From NCBI GenBank assembly GCA_963780345.1, contig CAWABU010000002.1, positions 595,512-659,511 on the forward strand: 64,000 nucleotides of DNA, read 5' to 3'. Source of the stretch: an uncultured Acidimicrobiaceae bacterium (lineage in GTDB: Bacteria > Actinomycetota > Acidimicrobiia > Acidimicrobiales > Palsa-688). The position numbers and the translations under genes were made by a program. Under the pieces are notes generated by a model that saw only the letters and a list, made by a program, of their open reading frames with translations, had not been told where the DNA came from and ran no database searches. Positions within the stretch are counted from its first letter, which is position 1. Every line of letters starts with the position of its first letter. Of this stretch, positions 19,707 to 28,509 are shown piece by piece.

Positions 19707-22651
19707 TCACCAACCACAACAAGACCCGCGCCCTGACCATGCAGTACTGGGAAGTGCTGCGCCTGTACGACGTGACCACGGCGGTGGACGGGGTCACCCT
19801 GGTTTGCTTGGTGCCGCTGGACCTGATCCGCTTCCTGCCGGCCGGCCACCCTCCCGATCTGCAGCAGGCTCCACCAGACCGGGCCGCAGTGCTGTCGCGG
19901 TACGGCGAATTGCTCAAGGACGCCGACGTGCTCACCCGCGTGCTGCCGCCCCGCTACCGGCAAGGACTGGCGCTGATCACGGAGTTCGCGGCCGACCCCA
20001 ACTCGACCGTACAAACCGGCTCGGACCCCGCCGAAGACGTGCTGAGTCTGAGCCTGCGCGGCTCGTTTCTGCCTATCGAGGATCTCTACGTCACGGTGGT
20101 CTCCAGGAGCGGGCTGCGCGCTGGCCCGGTCCCGCTCGCGCCACCGGCAGGTCTGACGCCCATACCTGGAACGGTGATGACCGATGCGGACAATGCGTTC
20201 GGTAGCGAGGCGGAGCTCTTCGGGTATCTTCGTGCCCGACGGGCCGACGACGATGTCGAGCTGACCGGCGAGTTGGTGCTGCCAGGATCGATCCCTCGGC
20301 AGGATGTGGTCGGGTTCGAGCTCTCCCGGCGCTTCCGACGCCTCGACTACCACTACCTGCCTCCGGTGGTGCGTGACATCGCCGTGGCCGAGTCGCTGCT
20401 CAATGGCGACGTCGACCTCGGTACCGCACTTGCGGATCTGACCCGCAAGCCTTCGAAGACGGCCTCCTACCAGCCCAACCGACTCGACGCGGAGCTGGGT
20501 GGCCCCCGTTTGAAGTCCTTCTCCGTAGTGATCCCGGCGCCGCCGAATCCCCAGTCGACGTCCAGCCCGGCACCGCTGCCCAGCGTCGTCTTCGCCAACG
20601 CGACCTGGGGAAGCATGGTGCAGCTGTCACGCAACCCGCTTCCCGTTGCATCGCGCGTGATCCCGCCGGTGCTGGGCTACAGCGCAGTACTGGAAATCGA
20701 GAAGACATTGCAGTGGGCGGTCCGTAACACCATGACTTGCAGTCTGGCGGTGTACGCGTCACTCACTGCCGAAGAGCGCGCCGTCCTGCTGGAGCGCTAC
20801 GAGATTCAGCTCCCACCGGACGAGGAGGGGAACATCGTCGGGGTTCCGCTGCTGTCGTGCGTTACTAACAACGCGCTGGGCTGGTTCGGCAACGCCATGG
20901 CGCTGCCGTTCCAGATCCCGGTCGCGGTCACCGCCGCCACGACCAAACGCGATCCACAGACGCATGAGGTGATCCGCCGCGGCCTGACCACGGGTGACAT
21001 TCAGGCCGCGCTGACCCGATTCCACACCGACGGCTTCGACCCGCCCCGCTCGACCATCGCCCTGCCGACCAAGGGCGTCCTCGGGGAGGCGGTCCTGGGC
21101 CACTGCCCAGCGGCGGAGACGATCGACCTCACCCGGTTCTGGAACTGGCAGGATTCTCCCGGCGACGCGGCCACCGACATTTCCCCGGTCACGGTGCCCA
21201 CCGACTCGCTCACAGCCGGCCTGGCGGCGCCATCCAGCCTCGCCGGAATGAGTCCGATCTTCAACAACTTCAGCACCACCCCGGCGACTCCGGACTCCTC
21301 GCTCGCCGCCACCGTCGCCCAAACGGCGGGCGCCCAAGCACCGTTCGATGTCGCCGCGCTCACCAACGCCGGACCACTCACCGGCGTGATCGGGCAAACA
21401 CTCACCTCCGCCGAGTCGGCGCGCGCCGACGCCCTGAACTCGGCCACGCAGATCGCGACCAAGGCGATCGATGCTGCGACGGCGATCTCCACCGGGGGTG
21501 CGAAAGACACCGGGACGAATCCGCCCATGGCCAACCCGCCCACGAGTGGTCCCGCAGGAATCGGTTCTACCGGCTCGGCCGGGCCGGGCGCAGGCTCCGA
21601 CACAGGCGGACCAGGCGACGCCAGGTCTGGAGCGGTCGTGCCTGGCATGCCCGGCTTGATCCCGGGCGACCCGATGGCGATCTACTTCAACTTCGACGAC
21701 GCGCACCTCGTGGACACCCCCGCTGACCTGGGCGGACTACAGTTGAACGCCCTGAATTTGATCGCCTACTGGGCGCAGGGCAAGGCGAAATCGATTTCTG
21801 TGACGGGATTTGCCTCCCCGGAGGGAGAGGAAAACCACAACGCCACCCTGGCCCAGGACCGGGCCATCGCCGTGGCGAGCTACCTGAAGGAGCAATTGGA
21901 CGGGGTAGGCATCCTTACCCTGAATGGCGGAACCCTGGACGGCGATCCTGAGGACTACCCGAAGCTTCGTCGAGCTGATGTCAAGGTCCTCGAATGGCTG
22001 CCCGGCGTCACGTTCGACCCGGACATGGACTACTGGCCTGATGTTCCGCCCGGTGTCGGTGACGGCTCGGGCCCGGGCCACACAAGTGACCAGCCCGGAT
22101 CGGGTGACCAGCCCGGATCGGGTGACCAGCCCGGATCGGGTGACGCCTCGGGCCAGCCGGGATCGGATGACCAGCCCGGATCGGGTGACGCCTCGGGCCA
22201 GCCTGGCTCGGGCAACCAACCGGGCCCGGGTAGTGAGCCCAACTTCCCGGGCGTGGACGCAAACAACCCACTGCCGATCTACTTCGACATCGACGAAGCC
22301 GCCCTTGTCGACGAAACCGCCGACGGCTTCGCGACCGGGCAGCATGCTTTGCTGGATGCGTTCGCATCCAACGCTACGCCGCTGGCCACCGAGATCGCCG
22401 TCCGTGGGTTCGCCGCACCGGACGACGACCTCGAGGGCAACGCCACGCTGACAATGGATCGGGCCAACACCGTCGCGAACTACCTGCGACCAAAATTCTC
22501 CCGCCACATGGATTTCTGGGCGGACAACGGCGGGAAGCTTCCCGGGGCTCCGGATCAGTTCCCGCGGCTACGCCGGGTTGAGGTGTACATCGACCAGGAG
22601 TTCGTCCCGATGGAACCTCCTACCACACCGAGTCTGAGGAGCACGCCATGA
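19658..22651 (+). CDS. hypothetical large protein with two C-terminal OmpA-like peptidoglycan-binding domains, gene 2
   Basis: About 560-aa N-terminal domain of unknown family, then a Gly/Ser/Thr linker. OmpA-like domain 1 (..SVTGFASPEGEENHNATLAQDRAIAVASYL..). A (P)GSGDQ repeat. OmpA-like domain 2 (..AVRGFAAPDDDLEGNATLTMDRANTVANYL..). ATG at 19658 overlaps the end of gene 1 by 49 nt. The upstream part of ORF 19556 is nonsense-like. Confidence 0.65.
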   Translation: MRMATATENDAVTTKVITNHNKTRALTMQYWEVLRLYDVTTAVDGVTLVCLVPLDLIRFLPAGHPPDLQQAPPDRAAVLSRYGELLKDADVLTRVLPPRYRQGLALITEFAADPNSTVQTGSDPAEDVLSLSLRGSFLPIEDLYVTVVSRSGLRAGPVPLAPPAGLTPIPGTVMTDADNAFGSEAELFGYLRARRADDDVELTGELVLPGSIPRQDVVGFELSRRFRRLDYHYLPPVVRDIAVAESLLNGDVDLGTALADLTRKPSKTASYQPNRLDAELGGPRLKSFSVVIPAPPNPQSTSSPAPLPSVVFANATWGSMVQLSRNPLPVASRVIPPVLGYSAVLEIEKTLQWAVRNTMTCSLAVYASLTAEERAVLLERYEIQLPPDEEGNIVGVPLLSCVTNNALGWFGNAMALPFQIPVAVTAATTKRDPQTHEVIRRGLTTGDIQAALTRFHTDGFDPPRSTIALPTKGVLGEAVLGHCPAAETIDLTRFWNWQDSPGDAATDISPVTVPTDSLTAGLAAPSSLAGMSPIFNNFSTTPATPDSSLAATVAQTAGAQAPFDVAALTNAGPLTGVIGQTLTSAESARADALNSATQIATKAIDAATAISTGGAKDTGTNPPMANPPTSGPAGIGSTGSAGPGAGSDTGGPGDARSGAVVPGMPGLIPGDPMAIYFNFDDAHLVDTPADLGGLQLNALNLIAYWAQGKAKSISVTGFASPEGEENHNATLAQDRAIAVASYLKEQLDGVGILTLNGGTLDGDPEDYPKLRRADVKVLEWLPGVTFDPDMDYWPDVPPGVGDGSGPGHTSDQPGSGDQPGSGDQPGSGDASGQPGSDDQPGSGDASGQPGSGNQPGPGSEPNFPGVDANNPLPIYFDIDEAALVDETADGFATGQHALLDAFASNATPLATEIAVRGFAAPDDDLEGNATLTMDRANTVANYLRPKFSRHMDFWADNGGKLPGAPDQFPRLRRVEVYIDQEFVPMEPPTTPSLRSTP
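22066..22215 (+). repeat. in-frame 18-nt tandem repeat (gaccagcccggatcgggt and variants) encoding (GSGDQP)n between the two OmpA-like domains
   Basis: Direct reading: about 7 units, perfect to near-perfect. Confidence 0.75.
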
Positions 22652-23643
22652 CCGATATCACCGGCCCCAGCCAGGCTGCTGTCGACGGGTTGCTGGCAGC
22701 CCTGACCGACACCATCAAGAGCGCCACGTCCCCGCAAGTCCAGGCGGGACAGGCTCTCCTGCTTCGCCGGCTGGCGCTGGCAGGGGACGTCATCCCCTCC
22801 CGTCTGCCCGCGCCCCGGAACGTCACCGAGATCGGCGGCTATCTCAACTTGGTGACGCGGCTCGGCCGCGACGACCTGCGCACCCAGATGCTGACGGCCG
22901 TGCTGGGCGTTGCTGGCCCCAGTCCACTGGCCGGGTGGGAGCGGCCGGCGCCGCAACTCCCGCTGGTGGCGGTGGCGAATGACCGTCCGTCCGGTGGGAG
23001 CGGCTCGTCCGTGAGCGCCGCGGTGTACGTCCGGACCGACCTGGCCGAAGGACTGATCTCGGCCCAGAACGGCATTCATGCCGCCGGCGGCCTTCTGCCG
23101 TTATGGTCGCCTCCGCCCGCGCTCCCGGCTGCGTCACCCGGCGTGGCCAGTGCGGCGGTGCCCGACCCGCTGCTCTATCTCGGCCGCACCCTGTGGATTG
23201 CGCCGGCCGCCGCACTCATCGATCCCGAGACCGACCCCGTCGTGGTCGGCCGCACCGCGGCGGACCCCGGTACCGGTTACCGGCTGGCTGTGCGGGTCAA
23301 TAGCAACACACCTGGCGCACCACCCGCCGACTGGACGGCGCTGCAATGGGATCAAGGGAGCGGCGCCACGGTGGACCTTCACCTCGGCACGGCGGAACTG
23401 CTGGCCCTGGACCAGGCGCTGGCCCCCGCCGGGTACGCCCCGCCCTCGTCAATCGACCGTCCCCAGAGCCGTACCGACTACACGTGGGCGAGACTGGTCA
23501 ATGCCGCAGGTCTCCTGCCCGGCGTCACGCGCCTTTATGACGAGCTTTCCCTTGTCTACTCCGCGGCCACTATCGCCAGCAGCGTCTTTGCGGTGATGGC
23601 GGACTGGGTCTGGGACGGCATCGCGTTTTCACCCAGGACGTAA
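22648..23643 (+). CDS. hypothetical protein, gene 3 of the unknown operon
   Basis: ATGA start/stop overlap with gene 2. 331 aa, Ala/Pro/Leu-rich, no recognisable motif, no signal peptide. Confidence 0.5.
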   Translation: MTDITGPSQAAVDGLLAALTDTIKSATSPQVQAGQALLLRRLALAGDVIPSRLPAPRNVTEIGGYLNLVTRLGRDDLRTQMLTAVLGVAGPSPLAGWERPAPQLPLVAVANDRPSGGSGSSVSAAVYVRTDLAEGLISAQNGIHAAGGLLPLWSPPPALPAASPGVASAAVPDPLLYLGRTLWIAPAAALIDPETDPVVVGRTAADPGTGYRLAVRVNSNTPGAPPADWTALQWDQGSGATVDLHLGTAELLALDQALAPAGYAPPSSIDRPQSRTDYTWARLVNAAGLLPGVTRLYDELSLVYSAATIASSVFAVMADWVWDGIAFSPRT

Positions 23644-23741
23644 AGCGGCGTGGTTGTTTCGGGGTGGAGCACCGATGGGCGCGCGGATCGCCGTCGCATG
23701 CCTCCTTTTGCCCAGCCGGAAAGAGTGGGAGACTGGCGGTC

Positions 23742-23942
23742 ATGCCGATACAGGCTTCGTTCGGTCGGAAATCAACCTTTCGGGTCTATAGCGTGAGCGG
23801 ACAACTACTGGGCTCCCAGGACCTGGAGTCCGACGAGGAAGCCATCGCGTGGGCCCAACGGCTCATCAAGGACGGCCTCTCCGTCGGACGTCTGAGCCGA
23901 GAACTTACCGCCGGCTTCGGTATGGACATCCCCCTGCCCTGA
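23742..23942 (+). CDS. hypothetical small protein (66 aa), possible gene 4 of the operon
   Basis: MPIQASFGRKSTFRVYSVSGQLLGSQDLESDEEAIAWAQRLIKDGL.. has protein-like composition. It lies 100 nt downstream of gene 3 on the same strand. Confidence 0.3.
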   Translation: MPIQASFGRKSTFRVYSVSGQLLGSQDLESDEEAIAWAQRLIKDGLSVGRLSRELTAGFGMDIPLP

Positions 23943-23952
23943 CGGCGCAGAG

Positions 23953-25005
23953 TCAGTAGCCCCGGTGCCGGTCCACCAGGTTGCGCAACGGCTGTCCGTC
24001 GAGAAACCGCCGCAAGTTGTCGGCGAAGAGGCGTTTGGTCGGTTCGAGGCCAGCCCGGTCGCCCGACCCCGAGATATGCGGCGTCAGGATGACCTCAGGA
24101 GCGTCGAGGAGCTCTTGACGGGGCGGTCGGCCCGCCAACTCCCCGTCGTAAACGTCGAGCAAGGCCCCTCGCAGCCGGCCCCTGCGAATGGCATCGAGCA
24201 GCGCGGATTCGTCGACTTCCTCGCCCCGGGCGATGTTGATGAGCACCGCGCCGGGCTTCATGGCCGCGAAAACCTCGCCGTCGATCATCCCGCGGGTCTC
24301 CTCGGTGAGCTGGGAGCACACGACCACGTAGTCGCTCTCGGCCGCCAGGTCCAACAGGCGCGAGGCGGGTAGAAGCAGATCGGCGCCGCCCGCACCGGAC
24401 TGAGCCTCGGTCACGCTCCGCCGCGTGCCAATGACGCGCATCCCGACGGATCGGCCCAACCGGGCCACCTCCTGGCCAATGCCACCAAGTCCCACCACCC
24501 CGAGTGTCGCCCCGGCGACGCTCGTCAGGTCATAGCCCTCACGGCGGAGCGGTTCGCCGGCGGGCCGGTGCAGGGCAGTGTGCAGACCTCGCCCAAAATG
24601 GAAGACGCCGGCCATGACGAATTCGGCGATCGCCGTAACAGCAACGGCACCTCGGCTCGAGGTCAGCGGCACCGACGACGCCCAGAGATCGGATTGCAGC
24701 AGGTTCGACACTCCGGCCTGGGTGTGGTGGGCCCACCCGAGCGACGCGGCCCGGTTGGCCAGGCGGGGCGGGACTGGATACCCGACCAGGAGGACCTCCG
24801 CTTCGGCCAGAATCCGATCCCGCTCGGCCCGGGAAGGCGCGCCGGTCGGGATGGGCCCGCTGGCCCGGCCTTGCTCGACGAGTTCAGCGCCAAACACCAG
24901 ATTCCCGTCGAGCACCCGGACCCGGGCGTCAACCTCACTGACGTAGCTGAGGTCCGGCCCGAGCTGGGGCGCCATCACCAGAACTTTCACCGACGACGAC
25001 GCCAT
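23953..25005 (-). CDS. D-isomer-specific 2-hydroxyacid dehydrogenase family (SerA/PdxB-like)
   Basis: NAD-binding GVVGLGGIGQEVARLG and the catalytic His region ILTPHISG. Start chosen at MASSSVKVLVMAP. Confidence 0.8.
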   Translation of the reverse strand: MASSSVKVLVMAPQLGPDLSYVSEVDARVRVLDGNLVFGAELVEQGRASGPIPTGAPSRAERDRILAEAEVLLVGYPVPPRLANRAASLGWAHHTQAGVSNLLQSDLWASSVPLTSSRGAVAVTAIAEFVMAGVFHFGRGLHTALHRPAGEPLRREGYDLTSVAGATLGVVGLGGIGQEVARLGRSVGMRVIGTRRSVTEAQSGAGGADLLLPASRLLDLAAESDYVVVCSQLTEETRGMIDGEVFAAMKPGAVLINIARGEEVDESALLDAIRRGRLRGALLDVYDGELAGRPPRQELLDAPEVILTPHISGSGDRAGLEPTKRLFADNLRRFLDGQPLRNLVDRHRGY

Positions 25006-26160
25006 CGTCGCCAACCGTACCGCCTGGCCACTGGCCCCTCGGCCGCCCTTCGAATCCACGTCTTGAGGCCTCGAGGGATCGATGCGCACGCCGGCCGAGG
25101 CGCATGTGATGATCCCTCAGCGGTTCGGCCGCGTGGCGTACCATTCCCGGTCGTGGGCTGGGTCGGCGACCAACTGACCGTATGGAAAAAGCTTCGCCAG
25201 AGGGCCGGTGTGCCGTACCGCCCGGTCACCGTCGCGGGTATCACCCATCGGCTGATCTGGCTCGATCGGCGCCCTGGCTACCGGATCCGCTGCTCCTGTG
25301 GTTGGGCGGATTCCAGGGTCCGCTGGACCGGGAGGCGGGCCATGCAGGTCGGCAAAGCGCACATCCGTTCGGCCCGATCCTCGGCCCGACGTCGGGCCAA
25401 GAGCAGGCCCCTGGTACCACGACGCCGCCCGATTCGATCGCCGGAGCACTGAGGCTCCAAATCCCCAGCAATATCCACAAGCTTTCCTCTGGCCGTCCGG
25501 GAAGGGTTGTGTTTTCATCAACTGACATCGAGACCGAGGCTGACGGCACCGAAAGGAAAACGTTCGGCCTGGCGGTAGCAGGGATGGCCCCGGAGTTCCG
25601 GGACCATCCCTGGCTGCCCGTTGCCGGCCGACCGAAGGAGGTATACCAGTGGCGTCTTTCGCGGTGATGCTCCGTTCGAAGCCGACGATCCTCGAATCCA
25701 TCCTTCTCATGGTCGACGAGCGCCGGGACGCGGAAGAGATCGCGGTCGAACTACGGCGCAAGGGCCATCAGGTAGACGTGCGCGAGGTCACCTTGCCGTT
25801 GACGGCCGACTCACTCCGGCCGGCAACTCCGATCGGCGAATAGGCGGCCGCGCTCCTGGACCGCCGGGTCGGACCTGCGATGTCTCGTCCGCCGTCGACG
25901 GTCCGTCTCGGACCGGAGACGATTCCCGTCAAGGTACTGGTGAGCACTGAAATGTAGTGGAACGCCTTGTCGGGGCGGGCCCTGATGTGGGGCCACAGAA
26001 ACTCTGACGGGTTCTGCCAAGGTCTATCCTGGCGTCACCCCGACGAACCGCGGCCATCGACGTCGACTGACTTCGCCGCCGGTTGTTCCCCTCCCGGGCT
26101 CGATGTATTTTTGCCGGGCCGAGGCGCTCAGGTTCCTGTGCAGACTGTCCGTTGGCCGCA

Positions 26161-26754
26161 ATGAGGGGCCGGGTGGCGGGATCGCCAGTCCAAGACCAGA
26201 CCGAAACGGGTCAGGCGGCGGGCCCAGGGCGGCGCTTCCGGGCCCGCTGGCTGTTGCTCGGCCTGGCCGTGGCGGTGGTGCTCGCCATCACCGCCAGCGG
26301 GGTGCTCTTCGTCTGGCCGCCAACCGACCAGCCGACCCACGCCGACGCCATCGTCAGCCTCAACGGCCGCAACGAAGCCGCTCGAGAGGCTCTGGCCGTC
26401 TCGCTCGCGGAGCGGGGTTATGCACCGGTGCTGCTCTTCTCTCAGGGCAACTCGTACACGACCCCCTGCCCGGTCGTTCCGCACGTCCGGGTCATCTGCT
26501 TCGAGCCCAAGCCCGGACGAACGGTCGGTGAAGCCGAGTTCGCCGCTCGCTACGCCCGGGCCAGAGGCTGGCGGCACCTCATTGTCGTCGCCAGCCGGGC
26601 CCAGTCGGTCCGGGCCCGGCTCCTGATGGGGCGGTGCTTGTCCGGGTCGGTGACGATGGTGGCGGCTCCGGTGAAGACCTCACAGCTCTTCTACGAGGTG
26701 GCTTACGAATGGGGGGCACTCGGCAAGGCGCTGCTCGTGGATCGGCACTGCTAG
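26161..26754 (+). CDS. DUF218 (YdcF/SanA/ElyC-like) domain protein
   Basis: TM anchor, then the DAIVSLNGRNEAAREALAVSL...HLIVVAS pattern typical of DUF218. Start uncertain (ORF from 26083). Confidence 0.5.
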   Translation: MRGRVAGSPVQDQTETGQAAGPGRRFRARWLLLGLAVAVVLAITASGVLFVWPPTDQPTHADAIVSLNGRNEAAREALAVSLAERGYAPVLLFSQGNSYTTPCPVVPHVRVICFEPKPGRTVGEAEFAARYARARGWRHLIVVASRAQSVRARLLMGRCLSGSVTMVAAPVKTSQLFYEVAYEWGALGKALLVDRHC

Positions 26755-26769
26755 TAGCCGACCGGTGCG

Positions 26770-28281
26770 TCAGCTCAGATTGAACGTCAACCCGGTCAGC
26801 GGGAACGTCTCCGGCCCGTTCGTCGAGCAGATCTCGACTCCGTACTCGAGCTGGGTTGGCACGTCGGACGACTTCACCAGACCCTGCGACACCAGATAGT
26901 TGAGATGGGCGAGGATGTCCACCGAGCCGGACTTCACCTGCGTGTGGCGGATGAAGATGAACTCGTCACCGAGGTTGACGAACTGGTAGGCAACGCCCCC
27001 GATGGTCACCGCAATGCCCTGGGTATTCCAGAAGGTCTGGCTCCCGCTGTCCTCGTTCCAGATCATGATCTCGGTCGACCAATTGTTCAGCCAGAGGTCG
27101 TAAGCGGCGTCGATCGACCCGTCGGTGGGGAAAGCCTCTGAGAAGGTCGAAGTGATCGACTGGTAGGCGGAGATCGGCTTCGTCGCGACTCCGTTGTCCC
27201 GGCCACCGACGTCGTACTCGCTGTTCGGGTACGTCTCGACCTGGCCCTGGACGTCCGGCTGGTCGGACACCGCATACCAACTGGCCTGGTTGCACACATA
27301 GATCGACTGCGGGCCATGACTGCCCGACCAGGCGTCGTTGTCCACCCACCAGGTGCCGGTGCTGTCGAGGCCTTGAGTACCGGTCGCCTCGTTGGTCGAA
27401 AAGGACGGCTGGGTGCAGTTCGCGCCCCCGACAGACGGCGGCCCGGTCGTCGGCGGTGGTGAACCGCCCGAAAGTGAGCCCAATGAGAAGATCTGATGAA
27501 TTGTGTTGACGACCCACGGATTGCCGGCGGGACCAACCGCGATCCGGACGGCACCGCCCAAAACTGATGTCCACCTGGATCCAGTCCAATGAAAGATGCC
27601 AAACCCACCGGGCCGAGGATTGGTGCCGACAACCCACGCCAACCCGTTGGCGCCGACTCCCACATCGATCGCCCGGCCCGTCAACAACGTCCAGCCATGG
27701 CCGTTCCAGTGATAGATATGGCCGGACGAATTCACCACCCACGGGTCGCCGCCGGGACCGACCGCGATCCGGACGGCACCACCCGCGACGGCCGCCCACC
27801 CGGTGCCGGTCCAATGAAAGATTTCGAACCCGCCCGCCCGCGGGTTGGTGCCGATCATCCACACCGACCTGTTGGCGCCGACTCCGACATCGATCGCCCG
27901 GCCCGTCAACAACGTCCAGCCATGGCCGTTCCAGTGGTAGATATGGCCGGACGAATTCACCACCCACGGGTCGCCGCCGGGACCGACCGCGATCCGGATG
28001 GCCCCACCCGCCACTGCTGCCCACCCGGTACCAGACCAACGAAAGATGCCGAAGCCGCCAGGCCGAGGATTAGTGCCGACAACCCAGGCCGACCCGTTGG
28101 CGCCCACGGCCACATCCGTCGCTCCGCCCGGGCGGGGGGTGAAGCCCGACAAGGTCGTGTCGGCGTTGACGAGGCTGTCACCCGGCGTAGTAGCAATCCT
28201 CATTATCGCCGTGCCCAGCATTCCGACCGAGACGGCGATGGCCACTACGGCCAACTTTCGAGTTCGGTTCTTCACAGTCAC
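26770..28281 (-). CDS. secreted GH12 glycoside hydrolase with an N-terminal tectonin-like beta-propeller repeat domain
   Basis: Signal peptide. At least 3 near-identical ~80-aa repeats (WAAVAGGAVRIAVGPGGDPWVVNSSGHIYHWNGHGWTLL..) like tectonin/hemolytic-lectin blades. C-terminal GH12 catalytic domain with the TEIMIWN motif. Confidence 0.75.
   Translation of the reverse strand: MTVKNRTRKLAVVAIAVSVGMLGTAIMRIATTPGDSLVNADTTLSGFTPRPGGATDVAVGANGSAWVVGTNPRPGGFGIFRWSGTGWAAVAGGAIRIAVGPGGDPWVVNSSGHIYHWNGHGWTLLTGRAIDVGVGANRSVWMIGTNPRAGGFEIFHWTGTGWAAVAGGAVRIAVGPGGDPWVVNSSGHIYHWNGHGWTLLTGRAIDVGVGANGLAWVVGTNPRPGGFGIFHWTGSRWTSVLGGAVRIAVGPAGNPWVVNTIHQIFSLGSLSGGSPPPTTGPPSVGGANCTQPSFSTNEATGTQGLDSTGTWWVDNDAWSGSHGPQSIYVCNQASWYAVSDQPDVQGQVETYPNSEYDVGGRDNGVATKPISAYQSITSTFSEAFPTDGSIDAAYDLWLNNWSTEIMIWNEDSGSQTFWNTQGIAVTIGGVAYQFVNLGDEFIFIRHTQVKSGSVDILAHLNYLVSQGLVKSSDVPTQLEYGVEICSTNGPETFPLTGLTFNLS
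27640..28120. repeat. two near-identical ~240-bp tandem repeats (part of a longer, more diverged series from ~27540) encoding the tectonin-like blades
   Basis: Two ~240-bp blocks (27640-27880 and 27880-28120) differ at only a handful of positions. Confidence 0.7.
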
Positions 28282-28509
28282 CTGGCCCCTCCAAAAAGAT
28301 AGGCCTGCCCGGATTCCTCGGTGGCCGCCGCCCCTAGCTTAACAACGACCTCCTCTGGGCTCAATCAGCGCTGATGGCCGAACGCGAGGACGGGGAAGGA
28401 GGGCTGTCCTCAGGAGCCGGTCATGGCCTCCTCTCCGGTGGCGACCGCCCATCCGCGAAGCCTATACCGGCCGAGCGGCCGAACAACACGCGGCGCGCTC
28501 CTGACGGTG

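Noticed and set aside
25117-25761. 214-aa minus ORF and 161-aa plus ORF at 25182-25667
   Set aside because: Nonsense-like composition, with mutual overlap.
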